Notes: generated by a model not told the origin, from the sequence alone. A stretch of 64,000 bases of DNA from Limisphaerales bacterium (GCA_044230345.1 JBGARF010000017.1:24946-88945), one strand, 5' to 3'; shown: positions 36,956 through 46,582, counted from the stretch's first letter. Made by a program: numbers and translations.

Positions 36956-36986
36956 CCGGCCACCCTCAGGGTGGATTTTTTGTTTT
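36956..36986 (+). terminator. intrinsic terminator downstream of lnt
   Basis: ccaccc-tca-gggtgg hairpin (36960..36974) followed by attttttgtttt. Confidence 0.6.
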
Positions 36987-37015
36987 CGCGTCGCGGTGTA
37001 ACTCAGGAACGAGAC

Positions 37016-37963
37016 ATGGTGAAAATATTCAGCGGCAATTCCAACCTTCCCCTAGCCCGGGCGATTGCCACGTCGGTCGGCATTGAGCTCGGAAAATGCA
37101 CCGTCAGCACCTTTCCTGACGGTGAGACCTTCGTAAAGATCGATGAAAACGTTCGTGGGGAGGACATCTTTGTCGTGCAGTCGACCAGCCCGCCGACGAA
37201 CCAGAACCTGATGGAAATGTTCATCATGATCGACGCGTTCCGACGGGCGAGCGCGTCACGGATCACGGCGGTGCTGCCATTCTACGGTTACGCTCGTCAG
37301 GATCGGAAAGATCAGCCGCGAGTTCCGATCACGGCCAAGCTGGTGGCAAATCTTCTGGTGGCCGCCGGGGCGAACCGGGTGTTGACCATGGATCTGCATG
37401 CTCAACAGATCCAGGGCTTCTTTGATATTCCCGTGGATCACCTTTATGCGGCGCCCGTGATGTTCGAATACCTGAAGTCGAAGAACGTGCCGGATTTGGT
37501 GGTGGTCAGCCCGGACGTGGGCGGGTTGAAGATGGCGCACGCCTATTCCCAAGTGTTGGATACCAGCTTTGCCATCGTGGCCAAACGACGGAAGAGCGCG
37601 ACTGAAGTCGAATCGGTGGCCGTGATCGGGGAGATCCGGGGCAAGAATGTTCTGATGGTGGACGACATGACCGAGACAGCGGGGACGCTGACCAACGCGG
37701 CGGCGCTGTTGAGAAAGCGGGGGGCGAAGAAGATTTACGCTTGTGTATCCCATGCCATTCTCAACGACTTGGGCATCGAACGTCTCCGAAAATCTAAGAT
37801 TGACGAACTTATCACGACTGATACTGTCCTCCGCCCTGCGATAGACGGGGTGAAGATAACTACCTTGTCGGTGGCAGGTTTGCTGGGTGAAGCCATCAAG
37901 CGAATTCACACGAATTCCTCGGTGACTTCACTTTTTGAGTTCAAGGGTGCGCGGCCGAGTTGA
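37016..37963 (+). CDS. prs: ribose-phosphate pyrophosphokinase
   Basis: From the internal ATG at 37016: MVKIFSGNSNLPLARAIA..., ARQDRK, DLHA.QIQGFF, and PRPP loop VLMVDDMTETAGTL. Confidence 0.93.
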   Translation: MVKIFSGNSNLPLARAIATSVGIELGKCTVSTFPDGETFVKIDENVRGEDIFVVQSTSPPTNQNLMEMFIMIDAFRRASASRITAVLPFYGYARQDRKDQPRVPITAKLVANLLVAAGANRVLTMDLHAQQIQGFFDIPVDHLYAAPVMFEYLKSKNVPDLVVVSPDVGGLKMAHAYSQVLDTSFAIVAKRRKSATEVESVAVIGEIRGKNVLMVDDMTETAGTLTNAAALLRKRGAKKIYACVSHAILNDLGIERLRKSKIDELITTDTVLRPAIDGVKITTLSVAGLLGEAIKRIHTNSSVTSLFEFKGARPS

Positions 37964-38044
37964 GTGACTGGCCGTGTTGTTCGTCGCCGTGATGTTCGTT
38001 CTGAAGAATTTGTTCTGAAGATTGTTGAGTAACGCTGAATTGAA

Positions 38045-38779
38045 ATGAAATCCGTACCGTTGACCGCGTTTCCGCGCACTTTGACCCGCCGTGGAGGAAC
38101 CAAGAAACTCCGCACCTCGGGACGCGTTCCCGCGGTGATCTACGCCCGCGAAAAGACGCCCCAAAACTTGGAAGTCGATCGCCGCACCCTGCACGATCTT
38201 ATCCACCATTCCGCGTCCGAGAACCTGTTGCTTGACCTGACGGTGGACGGCGACGGGCGCGCCAAGCGGTTGGCTTTGCTGCAGGAAGTTCAGCATCACC
38301 CCCTCAATGGCGCCCTGTTGCACGTCGACTTCCATGAAGTTGCGGAGAACGAGAAGGTGACGGTGATGGTTCCGATTGAACCGTCCGGCGAAGCTGCCGG
38401 GGTGAAGACGGGCGGCGGCGTGCTTGAGCACGTTCTGTTCAAGGTCAAGGTTCGGAGCTATCCGAAGGATTTGCCGGAAGTGATTCACGTCGATGTCTCG
38501 CACCTGAACATCGGGCAATCGGTGCACATCGGTGAGATCAAAGCGCCGGAAGGCGTGGAGATTCTGGGTGACAAGAAGATTCCGGTCCTGTCGGTGGCGG
38601 CCCCGGTGACCGAAGCGGAGGAGACGGCGGCGACTGAAGCTGGTGCGGCCTCGGCGGCGGACGTGGAGATGATCAAGGAGAAGAAGGAAGAGGGAGCTGC
38701 TGGTGCGGCTGCTCCGGCCGCCAAGGGTGGCGAAAAAGCGGGCGAGAAGGCTCCGGCCGACAAGGAAAAGAAGAAGTAA
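38045..38779 (+). CDS. rplY: 50S ribosomal protein L25 / general stress protein Ctc
   Basis: N-terminal RKLR..G.VPAVIY, HPL...LLHVDF, and a Lys/Glu/Ala-rich C-terminal tail. Sits between prs and pth, as is usual. Confidence 0.9.
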   Translation: MKSVPLTAFPRTLTRRGGTKKLRTSGRVPAVIYAREKTPQNLEVDRRTLHDLIHHSASENLLLDLTVDGDGRAKRLALLQEVQHHPLNGALLHVDFHEVAENEKVTVMVPIEPSGEAAGVKTGGGVLEHVLFKVKVRSYPKDLPEVIHVDVSHLNIGQSVHIGEIKAPEGVEILGDKKIPVLSVAAPVTEAEETAATEAGAASAADVEMIKEKKEEGAAGAAAPAAKGGEKAGEKAPADKEKKK

Positions 38780-38881
38780 ACCGCTGGCGGGATGCTGCGG
38801 GGCGGTTCCGGCCGCGATGTTCCATTCGGCTGGAATTGCTTGGCCGGAGCTCAGCTGTTCGGTTTTCTTCGGTCTTGGACT

Positions 38882-39493
38882 GTGGAAACCACCTTCCTCA
38901 TCGTGGGGTTGGGCAACCCGGGAGCCGAGTATGCCCGGACCCGTCACAACGCGGGGTTCATGGTTGTGGATTTGGTGGCGGCTCGGGCCCGAGCGTCTTG
39001 GTCAGGTGAACGAAAGTTCCAGGCCCAGCTCGCGCGGACGGAGCTGAGTCCGGGGTCGGGTGGTCCGAGTTCAGTTCGGCGTTTGTTGTTCTGCAAGCCC
39101 GAGACGTTCATGAACGCCAGCGGCGAAGCGGTGGCGGCCGTGGCCGGGTACTACAAGGTCGCGCGCGAGCAGATTTTGGTGGTGGTAGACGATGCGGATT
39201 TGCCGCTGGGCGAGATTCGGATGCGGCCTTCGGGCAGCAGTGGCGGGCATCATGGTTTGGAGTCGGTGGAAAGCCACCTTGGTTCGCGTGAATACGCCCG
39301 GCAGCGCATTGGAATCGGGCGGGACCGGCCGGAAGAGCGGCGGATTGCGGGCCATGTGCTGGCTCCGTTTCGGGCGGGGGAGCAGCCCTTGCTGGAAAAT
39401 GTTTTGCAAACGGCGGCTGAGCAGGTTGAATGCTGGCTCGCTGCCGGCATTGGTCAGGCGATGAATCGATTTAACGGTGTGATTAAAGCGTAA
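38882..39493 (+). CDS. pth: peptidyl-tRNA hydrolase
   Basis: FLIVGLGNPGAEYARTRHNAGF and VVVDDADLPLGEIRMRPSGSSGGHHGL. A GTG at 38882 sits five codons before the conserved LIVGLGNPG. The track ORF starts at 38792. Confidence 0.85.
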   Translation: METTFLIVGLGNPGAEYARTRHNAGFMVVDLVAARARASWSGERKFQAQLARTELSPGSGGPSSVRRLLFCKPETFMNASGEAVAAVAGYYKVAREQILVVVDDADLPLGEIRMRPSGSSGGHHGLESVESHLGSREYARQRIGIGRDRPEERRIAGHVLAPFRAGEQPLLENVLQTAAEQVECWLAAGIGQAMNRFNGVIKA

Positions 39494-39504
39494 GAAAGGC
39501 ATCT

Positions 39505-39828
39505 GTGAAATTGTACGAAGGCTTGTTTATTTTGAAGACCTCCGGAAAAGAGGAGGGCGTGAAGGAAACCATCGACAAGGTCACCGCCGACATTGTCGCG
39601 GCGGGCGGCAAGGTGGAGACGGTGCAGAAGATGGACAAGCGTCCGTTTGCCCGCGTGGCGGACAAGCGCAATTCCTCCGGCTTCTACGTCAACGTGATCT
39701 TCCAGGCGACGGCCGCGGTGGTCAGCCAGTTGAAGTCCCGCTTTGCCCTGTCCGAGGATGTGTTTCGCGTGACCTTTTACACGGCGGCAGAACCGGTCGC
39801 GACATCGGCGGCCGCAGCGGCCAAGTAA
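39505..39828 (+). CDS. rpsF: 30S ribosomal protein S6
   Basis: GTG start. 107 aa. YE..FIL pattern, S6-like size, and position upstream of ssb. Confidence 0.85.
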   Translation: MKLYEGLFILKTSGKEEGVKETIDKVTADIVAAGGKVETVQKMDKRPFARVADKRNSSGFYVNVIFQATAAVVSQLKSRFALSEDVFRVTFYTAAEPVATSAAAAAK

Positions 39829-39875
39829 GCAAGAAGTGAGCAAGGTAAGGACCGAGCGTTAATCGAACGGGTCGC

Positions 39876-40349
39876 ATGGCCAACTTCAATAAAGTCATTC
39901 TGGCGGGAAACCTGACCCGCGATCCGGAGCTTCGCTACACGCCCAGCGGCAAGGCCATTGCGAAGTTCGGCCTCGCCATCAACCGGAACTGGACGACAGA
40001 CACTGGTGAGAAGAAGGAGGAAGTGACGTTTGTTGACATTGACGCCTTCGGCCGGCAGGCGGAGGTAATTTCCCAATATGTTAAGAAAGGCCGCCCGATT
40101 CTGATCGAGGGCCGCCTGAAGCTGGATCAGTGGGATGACAAACAGACGGGCCAGAAGCGCAGCCGATTGGGAGTGGTTTTGGAATCGTTTTCCTTCCTCG
40201 ATTCCAATCGAGGCGGCGAAGGGGGCGGAGCTCCCGGGGGCATGGCTTCCTCGGCACCCAGACCAAGGGCGGCGGCTCCCGCCGCAGCTCCCTCGGGTGA
40301 GGCCGGAGGCGACGACGCTGCGCCGGCGGAAGATGACGTTCCGTTTTGA
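39876..40349 (+). CDS. ssb: single-stranded DNA-binding protein
   Basis: MANFNKVILAGNLTRDPELRYTPSG OB fold, Gly/Pro/Ala-rich linker, and acidic tip DDVPF. Confidence 0.92.
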   Translation: MANFNKVILAGNLTRDPELRYTPSGKAIAKFGLAINRNWTTDTGEKKEEVTFVDIDAFGRQAEVISQYVKKGRPILIEGRLKLDQWDDKQTGQKRSRLGVVLESFSFLDSNRGGEGGGAPGGMASSAPRPRAAAPAAAPSGEAGGDDAAPAEDDVPF

Positions 40350-40419
40350 TTGATGTTCCGATTTGACAATGACCGCGCTGGTTCTGAACCGGTGCGAAGG
40401 CTTAGACTAAAGAGAATTT

Positions 40420-41040
40420 ATGGCAAAGACTGAAGTAATTCTGACTCACAACATCGTGGGTTTGGGTGGCGAATCCGACCAGGTAAAAGTGGCCGCTGGC
40501 TACGCCCGAAACTATCTCTATCCTCAAGGCTTGGCCGTCCCGGTCACGATGACCAACAAGCGGCAGCTCGAAGCATTGCGCCAGCGTCGCGCCGAGCGGG
40601 AGGCTCATGAGTTCAACACGATGAGTGAACTGGCCAAGAGCATCACCAAGCTGACCTGCCTCGTGAAAGTTAAGACTGGCGATGACGGCAAGATGTTCGG
40701 CAGCGTCACCAGCGGCACGATTGCGGATGAGCTCAAGCATCAGTTCGACATCGCGCTGGAGAAGAAGAAGATTCACCTCGAACACCCCATCAAGACGCTG
40801 GGCGAGTTCGAAATTGAGCTGCGGTTGCATCCCGAGGTGCGTTCCAGCCTGAAGGTCAAGGTGGAGAGCATCAACCCGCCCGCCGTCGTGGCGGAGGCCC
40901 CGGAGGCCCGGAGTGAAGGCGATCGGAATCAACGGACCGAGAAGCGCGGTCGCCGTCCCGAAGGCAAGGGCGAATCCGCCGAAACCGCTGCACCCGCGAA
41001 ATCAGCTGGGCCAAAGGGAAAACGATCCGAGAAGGCCTGA
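40420..41040 (+). CDS. rplI: 50S ribosomal protein L9 with extended basic C-terminal tail
   Basis: VILTHNIVGLGGESDQVKVAAGYARNYLYPQGLAVP is a canonical L9 N-domain. At 206 aa it is about 55 residues longer than usual, with a Lys/Arg/Glu/Pro-rich tail. Confidence 0.9.
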   Translation: MAKTEVILTHNIVGLGGESDQVKVAAGYARNYLYPQGLAVPVTMTNKRQLEALRQRRAEREAHEFNTMSELAKSITKLTCLVKVKTGDDGKMFGSVTSGTIADELKHQFDIALEKKKIHLEHPIKTLGEFEIELRLHPEVRSSLKVKVESINPPAVVAEAPEARSEGDRNQRTEKRGRRPEGKGESAETAAPAKSAGPKGKRSEKA

Positions 41041-41116
41041 GTCGGAAACGAGCCCTTGCGGAAGCGAGCCCCTGCTTAAACCGGTCCTACTCTTGCCGGT
41101 CCTACTTTTTTAACTC

Positions 41117-41160
41117 AAGGCGCGCGTGGCTTGCATGGCCATGCGCGCCTTTTTCTTTTT
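41117..41160 (+). terminator. intrinsic terminator between convergent rplI and the inositol oxygenase gene
   Basis: GC-rich hairpin ggcgcgcgtggc...gccatgcgcgcc followed by tttttcttttt. Confidence 0.7.
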
Positions 41161-41217
41161 GTTTCCCCGTTTCTCCAAGGATCCGACGGAGCAGTCTGAT
41201 CCGTCCGAACCGTTAAT

Positions 41218-42117
41218 TCACCAAGCGATCTTTTTCGGAAAGAATTCCGCGATTAGATCCTCGTAGTAGGGGCGCAGTTTGGGGACATCCGGCGCTTCGT
41301 GGCTCTTGGTATAAAGATCGTACGGATTGAAGGCCTGGACGGCCGTCAGCAGTTGGCGGTCCTGAGCGTTGCAAAGGTGGTCATAGGCTCCTTCGCGATG
41401 CCACGGATAAAAGCTGTGGTAGCGGAGCATGTAGAGCCCTTCGATGGGGAGGTAGTCCTTGCAGACGTGATAAATGTATTCGTCGTGCCCCCAGGACATG
41501 TTCACACTGTCGAGACCGGCCCCTTCCTCGTAGACGCCGTTCCGGGTTTGGAGTTGCGGAATCTTGCTGTCGGGATTCTGGGCGAAGAACTGATGGAAGA
41601 TTATTGATTCCGAGTATTGGCAGCCAGTGGGGAAGGTGTCTCCGACGACGGCCCACTGAGGCTCTCCCCAGAGGCAAAGGATTTTTCCGAGGTCATGAAC
41701 GAAGCCGGTGAGAACCATCCAGCGCGGCTGGCCGTCTTTCCGCAGATGTTCGGCCGTCTGAAGGAGGTGCTGAAGCTGCGACAGATCCGTGTCGGGATCG
41801 CTGTCGTCCACCAGTTGATTCAGGTATTCGGCTGCCTCCCAGACGCCCATTTTCATTCGGTTCAGGCCGAGGAATTCCTTGCGCTTGGCCAGCCCGAACG
41901 CGTGGGTTTGATTGATGTGATTCAGGCGGTAAAACTCGCGCACGGTGGGACGAGCGTTGGTCTCGTAGTTGCGGAATGCGCTCTTCTGCTTGTTGGGATC
42001 GGTGGCCTTGAATGGCTGGGTGGGCAGCGGTTGGGGGTAACGTTCTTTGACGAAGCTCTCCCATTCCTCAAGCACGCTATTGGGTTGCTGGCCTTCGGGG
42101 GTATTGGGTGCGTTCAT
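41218..42117 (-). CDS. myo-inositol oxygenase (MIOX family)
   Basis: Near-collinear with animal MIOX as recalled: DESDPD.D, HDLGK, GEPQWAVVGDTFP.GC, MSWGHDEY, HSFYPWH, DLYTK, KLRPYY. Start taken at the internal ATG 42117. Confidence 0.9.
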   Translation of the reverse strand: MNAPNTPEGQQPNSVLEEWESFVKERYPQPLPTQPFKATDPNKQKSAFRNYETNARPTVREFYRLNHINQTHAFGLAKRKEFLGLNRMKMGVWEAAEYLNQLVDDSDPDTDLSQLQHLLQTAEHLRKDGQPRWMVLTGFVHDLGKILCLWGEPQWAVVGDTFPTGCQYSESIIFHQFFAQNPDSKIPQLQTRNGVYEEGAGLDSVNMSWGHDEYIYHVCKDYLPIEGLYMLRYHSFYPWHREGAYDHLCNAQDRQLLTAVQAFNPYDLYTKSHEAPDVPKLRPYYEDLIAEFFPKKIAW

Positions 42118-42273
42118 AACAGATCGAGCGGTAGTTTTACGTGGCCAGACATTAGCCGGATAAAGGGGCGGCAGACAAGCGTTCATCCATCCGTAAGAAA
42201 ACCTGGAAAACACCTTTGGCATCCGAATTGGGCCGGCTAAACTTACCGCACCGAAAAGCCGCATTCAGAACCG

Positions 42274-44952
42274 ATGAAACACGTTGCAAACCCATTGGCG
42301 ACGGCCGGATCCGGCGGGACAATTTGGCAAGGGTTGCCAGTGGTTCAGGCGTCGCCGTCGCCCTCACCACGCTTGGTGAGGGCCAGGCTCCGGCGGGCGG
42401 CCTTGGACGCCGGACGTGGAGGGGCAGCAGTGGTTTGGGGGCTGCTCCTAGTGGTTTTGGCCGGGGGGAGCGTGGGCGGCCAAGCCGCCACCGGGAGGGC
42501 CGATACCGTCAAGCTTTCGGCCGAACGCTACCGCCGAAACGTGGAGCCGATCCTGAAGGAATTCTGCTTCGACTGCCATGCCGACGGCATGGACAAGGGC
42601 AAAGTGACGTTTGATGCCTTCCAGTCGGATGCCGACTTGGTGGGACGCCATGATTTGTGGCTGGCGGTGTTGAAGAACCTGCGCGCTGGCCTGATGCCGC
42701 CCGACAACAAGCCCCGGCCCGGTGTGGCGCAAATCTCAACGATTGAACAGTGGATCAAGGCGGAGGCTTTCCAACTCGATCCCGAATCTTTGGACCCGGG
42801 CCGAGTGACCGTGCGTCGCCTCAACCGGGTTGAGTATCGAAACACCATCCGCGATTTGATGGGCCACGATTTCAAGGTCGAGGACCAATTGCCTCCGGAT
42901 GACACCGGCTACGGTTTCGACACCATCGGGGAGGTCCTGACCATGTCGCCGCTCCTGCTGGAAAAATACATGCAGGCGGCAGAGGACATCGTCGCGGCCG
43001 CCGTGCCACGAGTCCCGTGGGTGATCCGTGAGCGCTACTTTCCCGGGACGAGCTTTCGGCCGGAGGAAACCGGGCCTACGCGGTCGGACCGTAAGGAGCC
43101 GGCTGACCGTTTCTCGTTTTACGACGAGACGCTACTGCGTCGGTCCATCGATGTGGAGGCGGGCGGCACCTATCGGCTGAAGCTCGAGGTGCATGTCTTT
43201 GGGGAGTTCGATTTTGATCCCGGTCGCTGCCGTCTCGTTTTGAAGTCGGCCGATCGCACTGTGGTGGAAGAGGAGTTGAGTTGGCAAAACGGGAAGCGTT
43301 TCGCCTATGACGTGGAAGAGGCCTGGACCTCCGGGCAACGCTCGTTGACGCTGGAGATTCGTCCGTTGGTTCCGGTGAAGGAGAAGAAGAACTCGCTGAC
43401 GTTGCAGGTGGTTGGAGCCAAGGTGGCCGGGCCATTGGAGCGTCAACACTGGGTTCGGCCGAAAAACTTCGAACTGTTCTTCACGCAGGACCCGCCGGAG
43501 TCAGTGGAAGCCCGGCGCACCCAGGCGCGCGAGTTGCTCGGTCGATTTGTGCGCAAGGCCTATCGCCGCCCGGTCGATCGAAAGACAGTCGAGCGACTGG
43601 TTCGAATGGCGGAGCAGACTTGGGCGCAGCCGGGTAAGCGCTTCGAGGACGGGATTGCCCAGGCCATCGTTCCGGTGCTGGCTTCGCCTCGTTTCCTGTT
43701 CCGGGTTGAAGACGTGCTCAAGCCCGCCGGCCCGGGCCAGCATCCTTTGGTGGACGAGTTTGCCCTCGCTTCCCGTCTCTCGTACTTCCTTTGGTCGACC
43801 ATGCCGGATACTGAGCTGCGTCGTCTCGCCTACCAGGGCGAGCTGCGAAAGAACCTGACGGCGCAAATTGGTCGGATGCTGGCGGACCCCAGGTCGCGAG
43901 CGTTGGTCGACAATTTCGTTGGCCAATGGCTTCAGGTGCGGGACGTGGAGGGCATCGACATCAACGCGCAGGTCGTGCTCTCGCGGGATGCGGCTCAGGA
44001 CGGCGAACTGCAACGCAACCGCCAGAGGTTTCGCCAGCTCCGTGACATCCCCGAGGAAAAGCTGACGGATGCGCAGAAGAAGGAGATCGAAGAGCTCAGG
44101 GCCCAATTTCGGCGTCGTTTCGGCGAGCGCCCGAAGGTTGAACTGGATCGTGAGCTTCGCCAGGCACTGCAGGATGAGACGGAGCTTTTGTTCCAGCATG
44201 TCTTGAAGGAGGACCGCAGCGTGCTTGAGTTACTCGACGGTCGCTACACGTTTCTCAATGAGCGCCTGGCCCGGCATTATGGGCTGACCAACCTGAATCT
44301 TGCCGGGCGGGAGATGCGGCGCGTCGACCTCCCGCCGGACAGCCCGCGCGGAGGAGTGTTGACGCATGGGGCTGTGCTCGTGGTCACGTCGAATCCGACA
44401 CGGACTTCGCCGGTGAAGCGCGGTTTGTTCATCCTCGACAACATTCTGGGCACACCGCCTCCGCCTCCGCCTGCCAACGTGCCGCCCCTGGAGGATTCAG
44501 AAAAGGAACAGGGCGGCCGCACGCCGACCTTGCGCGAGACGCTCGCGATCCATCGCGAGAATGCGCTTTGTCGTTCCTGCCACAACCGGATGGACCCACT
44601 GGGACTGGCCTTGGAGAACTTCAATGCGCTGGGTATGTGGCGCGATCAGGAGCGGGGCCAGCCGATTGATGCGGCTGGTCGCCTGGCCACCGGCGAGCCG
44701 TTCCGAGACATTCGCGACATCAAGAAGGTTCTCGTCAACGAACGGCACCTCGACTTTTACCGGTGCCTGACCGAAAAGCTGCTGGTTTACGCCTTGGGTC
44801 GAGGCCTGACCTATGCGGATGTGGGGACGGTGGACCGAATTGTGGCCGAGATGGAAAAGAGTGGAGGTCGCATGTCGTCGTTGTTAATGGGGGTGATCGA
44901 ATCCGCTCCGTTTCAGAAACGTCGAGAGGATGCTGCGCTGAACGTGCCATGA
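42274..44952 (+). CDS. DUF1592/DUF1595/DUF1587/DUF1588/DUF1585-type protein with N-terminal CxxCH motif (planctomycete PSD/PSCyt family)
   Basis: 892 aa with an N-terminal TM helix. FCFDCHADG heme-c-type motif. Second CRSCHNRMDPLG motif near the C-terminus. Architecture and partner gene are typical of this PVC-expanded family (recalled). Confidence 0.8.
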   Translation: MKHVANPLATAGSGGTIWQGLPVVQASPSPSPRLVRARLRRAALDAGRGGAAVVWGLLLVVLAGGSVGGQAATGRADTVKLSAERYRRNVEPILKEFCFDCHADGMDKGKVTFDAFQSDADLVGRHDLWLAVLKNLRAGLMPPDNKPRPGVAQISTIEQWIKAEAFQLDPESLDPGRVTVRRLNRVEYRNTIRDLMGHDFKVEDQLPPDDTGYGFDTIGEVLTMSPLLLEKYMQAAEDIVAAAVPRVPWVIRERYFPGTSFRPEETGPTRSDRKEPADRFSFYDETLLRRSIDVEAGGTYRLKLEVHVFGEFDFDPGRCRLVLKSADRTVVEEELSWQNGKRFAYDVEEAWTSGQRSLTLEIRPLVPVKEKKNSLTLQVVGAKVAGPLERQHWVRPKNFELFFTQDPPESVEARRTQARELLGRFVRKAYRRPVDRKTVERLVRMAEQTWAQPGKRFEDGIAQAIVPVLASPRFLFRVEDVLKPAGPGQHPLVDEFALASRLSYFLWSTMPDTELRRLAYQGELRKNLTAQIGRMLADPRSRALVDNFVGQWLQVRDVEGIDINAQVVLSRDAAQDGELQRNRQRFRQLRDIPEEKLTDAQKKEIEELRAQFRRRFGERPKVELDRELRQALQDETELLFQHVLKEDRSVLELLDGRYTFLNERLARHYGLTNLNLAGREMRRVDLPPDSPRGGVLTHGAVLVVTSNPTRTSPVKRGLFILDNILGTPPPPPPANVPPLEDSEKEQGGRTPTLRETLAIHRENALCRSCHNRMDPLGLALENFNALGMWRDQERGQPIDAAGRLATGEPFRDIRDIKKVLVNERHLDFYRCLTEKLLVYALGRGLTYADVGTVDRIVAEMEKSGGRMSSLLMGVIESAPFQKRREDAALNVP

Positions 44953-46355
44953 AGACGAAATATCATTCGACCATGAGACCGATGAATTACCCGGCAGCCG
45001 CGGTAAGCCGGCGCCATTTTCTGCGCGGTTTGGGCGTCGGGTTGGCGCTGCCGGCGTTGGAGTCCGCGCTGCCGATGCGAGCCTGGGCCGCCGGCGCGGG
45101 TGCGGGTGGGATGGCGCAGGCGGCGTCCGGGGCGCCGTTGCGCCTGGCTTTTGTTTACTTTCCGAACGGTGCCATCCAGCCGTCGTGGTGGCCGAAAGGT
45201 GAGGGTCGGGAGTTCAACCTCGCGGCGACCATGGCTCCGCTCGGAAACGTGCGGGATCAGCTGCAGATCCTGGGCGGCTTGGATCATGTCAATGCCACTC
45301 CGGGGCCGGACGGAGCAGGGGATCATGCTCGAGCCAGCGGGACGTTTCTGACCGGGGTCCGGGTGAAGAAAACGGCGGGTTCAGACATTCGAGCAGGCGT
45401 TTCGATTGATCAGTTGGTGGCGAACCAGATCGGGCATTTGACCCGGTTCCCATCGCTGGAGCTGACCTGTGACGCCGTGCGGAAGTCCGGGAATTGTGAT
45501 TCAGGTTATTCCTGCGCCTATCAGTACAACCTTTCGTGGCGTTCCGAGAACACTCCGGTGGCGCCGGAGCCGAATCCGCGGCTGCTGTTCGAGCGATTAT
45601 TTGGCGCGGGAGCGCACGGCGAGCGCCGTGAGGGATTCAAGCGCAGGCAGGAGCAACAGCGCTCCATTCTCGACTTCGTGCGTGAGGATGCCCGTGCCCT
45701 GCAGGGGAAGTTGACTCACCGGGACAAGGACAAGTTGGAGGAATACCTGACCAGCGTGCGCGACATTGAGCGCCGCATCCAACAGGCTGACCGGCACCAG
45801 CAGACGCCGGATCCGACGGTGGACACTCCCGCGGGCATTCCGACGGGCTTCCAGGAGTATCTCCAGGTGATGTTCGATCTGATGTTGCTGGCGTTTCAGA
45901 CCGACTCGACCCGGGTCGCGACTTTTTTGATGGCGAACGAGGGGAGCAATCGTGCGTTCCCGGAGATTGGTCTGGCGGAAGGACATCATTACCTCACGCA
46001 CCATCAGAACAAACAGGAGATGATCGATAAGGTCGCCATGATCGACCTGTTTTACATGACCCAGTTCGGGCGGTTTCTCGAGAAAATGTCGGCGGCAAAA
46101 GACGTGGACGGACGTTCGCTTTTGCACAACTCGATGATTGTCTACGGCAGCGGCAATGCTGATGGGAATCGGCATACGCACACCAATCTACCGGTCATCC
46201 TGGCCGGAGGCGGCGGAGGTTCCCTGACTCCCGGCCGGTTCATGAAGCATGGCGGCGTGCCGATGAGCAATCTCCTGCTCAGCCTGGCCGATCGCATGGG
46301 CGGCAATTCCATCGCGCGGTTGGGTGATTCAACGGGTCGACTCGCTGGCGTTTAA
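44949..46355 (+). CDS. DUF1552 domain protein with twin-arginine signal
   Basis: The internal ATG at 44949 overlaps the upstream stop (ATGA). Tat-like SRRHFLRGLGVGLALPAL. Usual partner of DUF1592 proteins. Confidence 0.85.
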   Translation: MKTKYHSTMRPMNYPAAAVSRRHFLRGLGVGLALPALESALPMRAWAAGAGAGGMAQAASGAPLRLAFVYFPNGAIQPSWWPKGEGREFNLAATMAPLGNVRDQLQILGGLDHVNATPGPDGAGDHARASGTFLTGVRVKKTAGSDIRAGVSIDQLVANQIGHLTRFPSLELTCDAVRKSGNCDSGYSCAYQYNLSWRSENTPVAPEPNPRLLFERLFGAGAHGERREGFKRRQEQQRSILDFVREDARALQGKLTHRDKDKLEEYLTSVRDIERRIQQADRHQQTPDPTVDTPAGIPTGFQEYLQVMFDLMLLAFQTDSTRVATFLMANEGSNRAFPEIGLAEGHHYLTHHQNKQEMIDKVAMIDLFYMTQFGRFLEKMSAAKDVDGRSLLHNSMIVYGSGNADGNRHTHTNLPVILAGGGGGSLTPGRFMKHGGVPMSNLLLSLADRMGGNSIARLGDSTGRLAGV

Positions 46356-46361
46356 ACTCCC

Positions 46362-46540
46362 CTTAGCCGGAACGATTCAGTTGGCCAGCCGCCGTTTGCT
46401 TGAGCTTCTTGCGAAGGCCTTCGTTGTTCGTCGCTCACGTATTTCGTATTTCATCTCAACACGCGCGGTCCTTACGCTTCGGCCTTCGCCAGAATCTGCG
46501 GCGCAACCGTCCGCTGCCCACCTGAATCGTTCCGGCTTAG
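46362..46540. repeat. MITE-like 179-bp element with 19-bp terminal inverted repeats, copy L
   Basis: cttagccggaacgattcag (46362..46380) against ctgaatcgttccggcttag (46522..46540) pairs at 18 of 19 positions as inverted repeats. The internal sequence recurs inverted at about 52883..53055. Confidence 0.85.
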
Positions 46541-46582
46541 ACAAAAAAACTCCGCCGGCTAAGCCGGCGGAGTTCGTTTTGC
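46541..46582. terminator. bidirectional intrinsic terminator
   Basis: 12-bp perfect stem aactccgccggc / gccggcggagtt (46548..46574). It is flanked by an A7 run on the plus strand (a T-run for the minus-strand CotH gene) and by cgtttt downstream on the plus strand. Confidence 0.8.
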
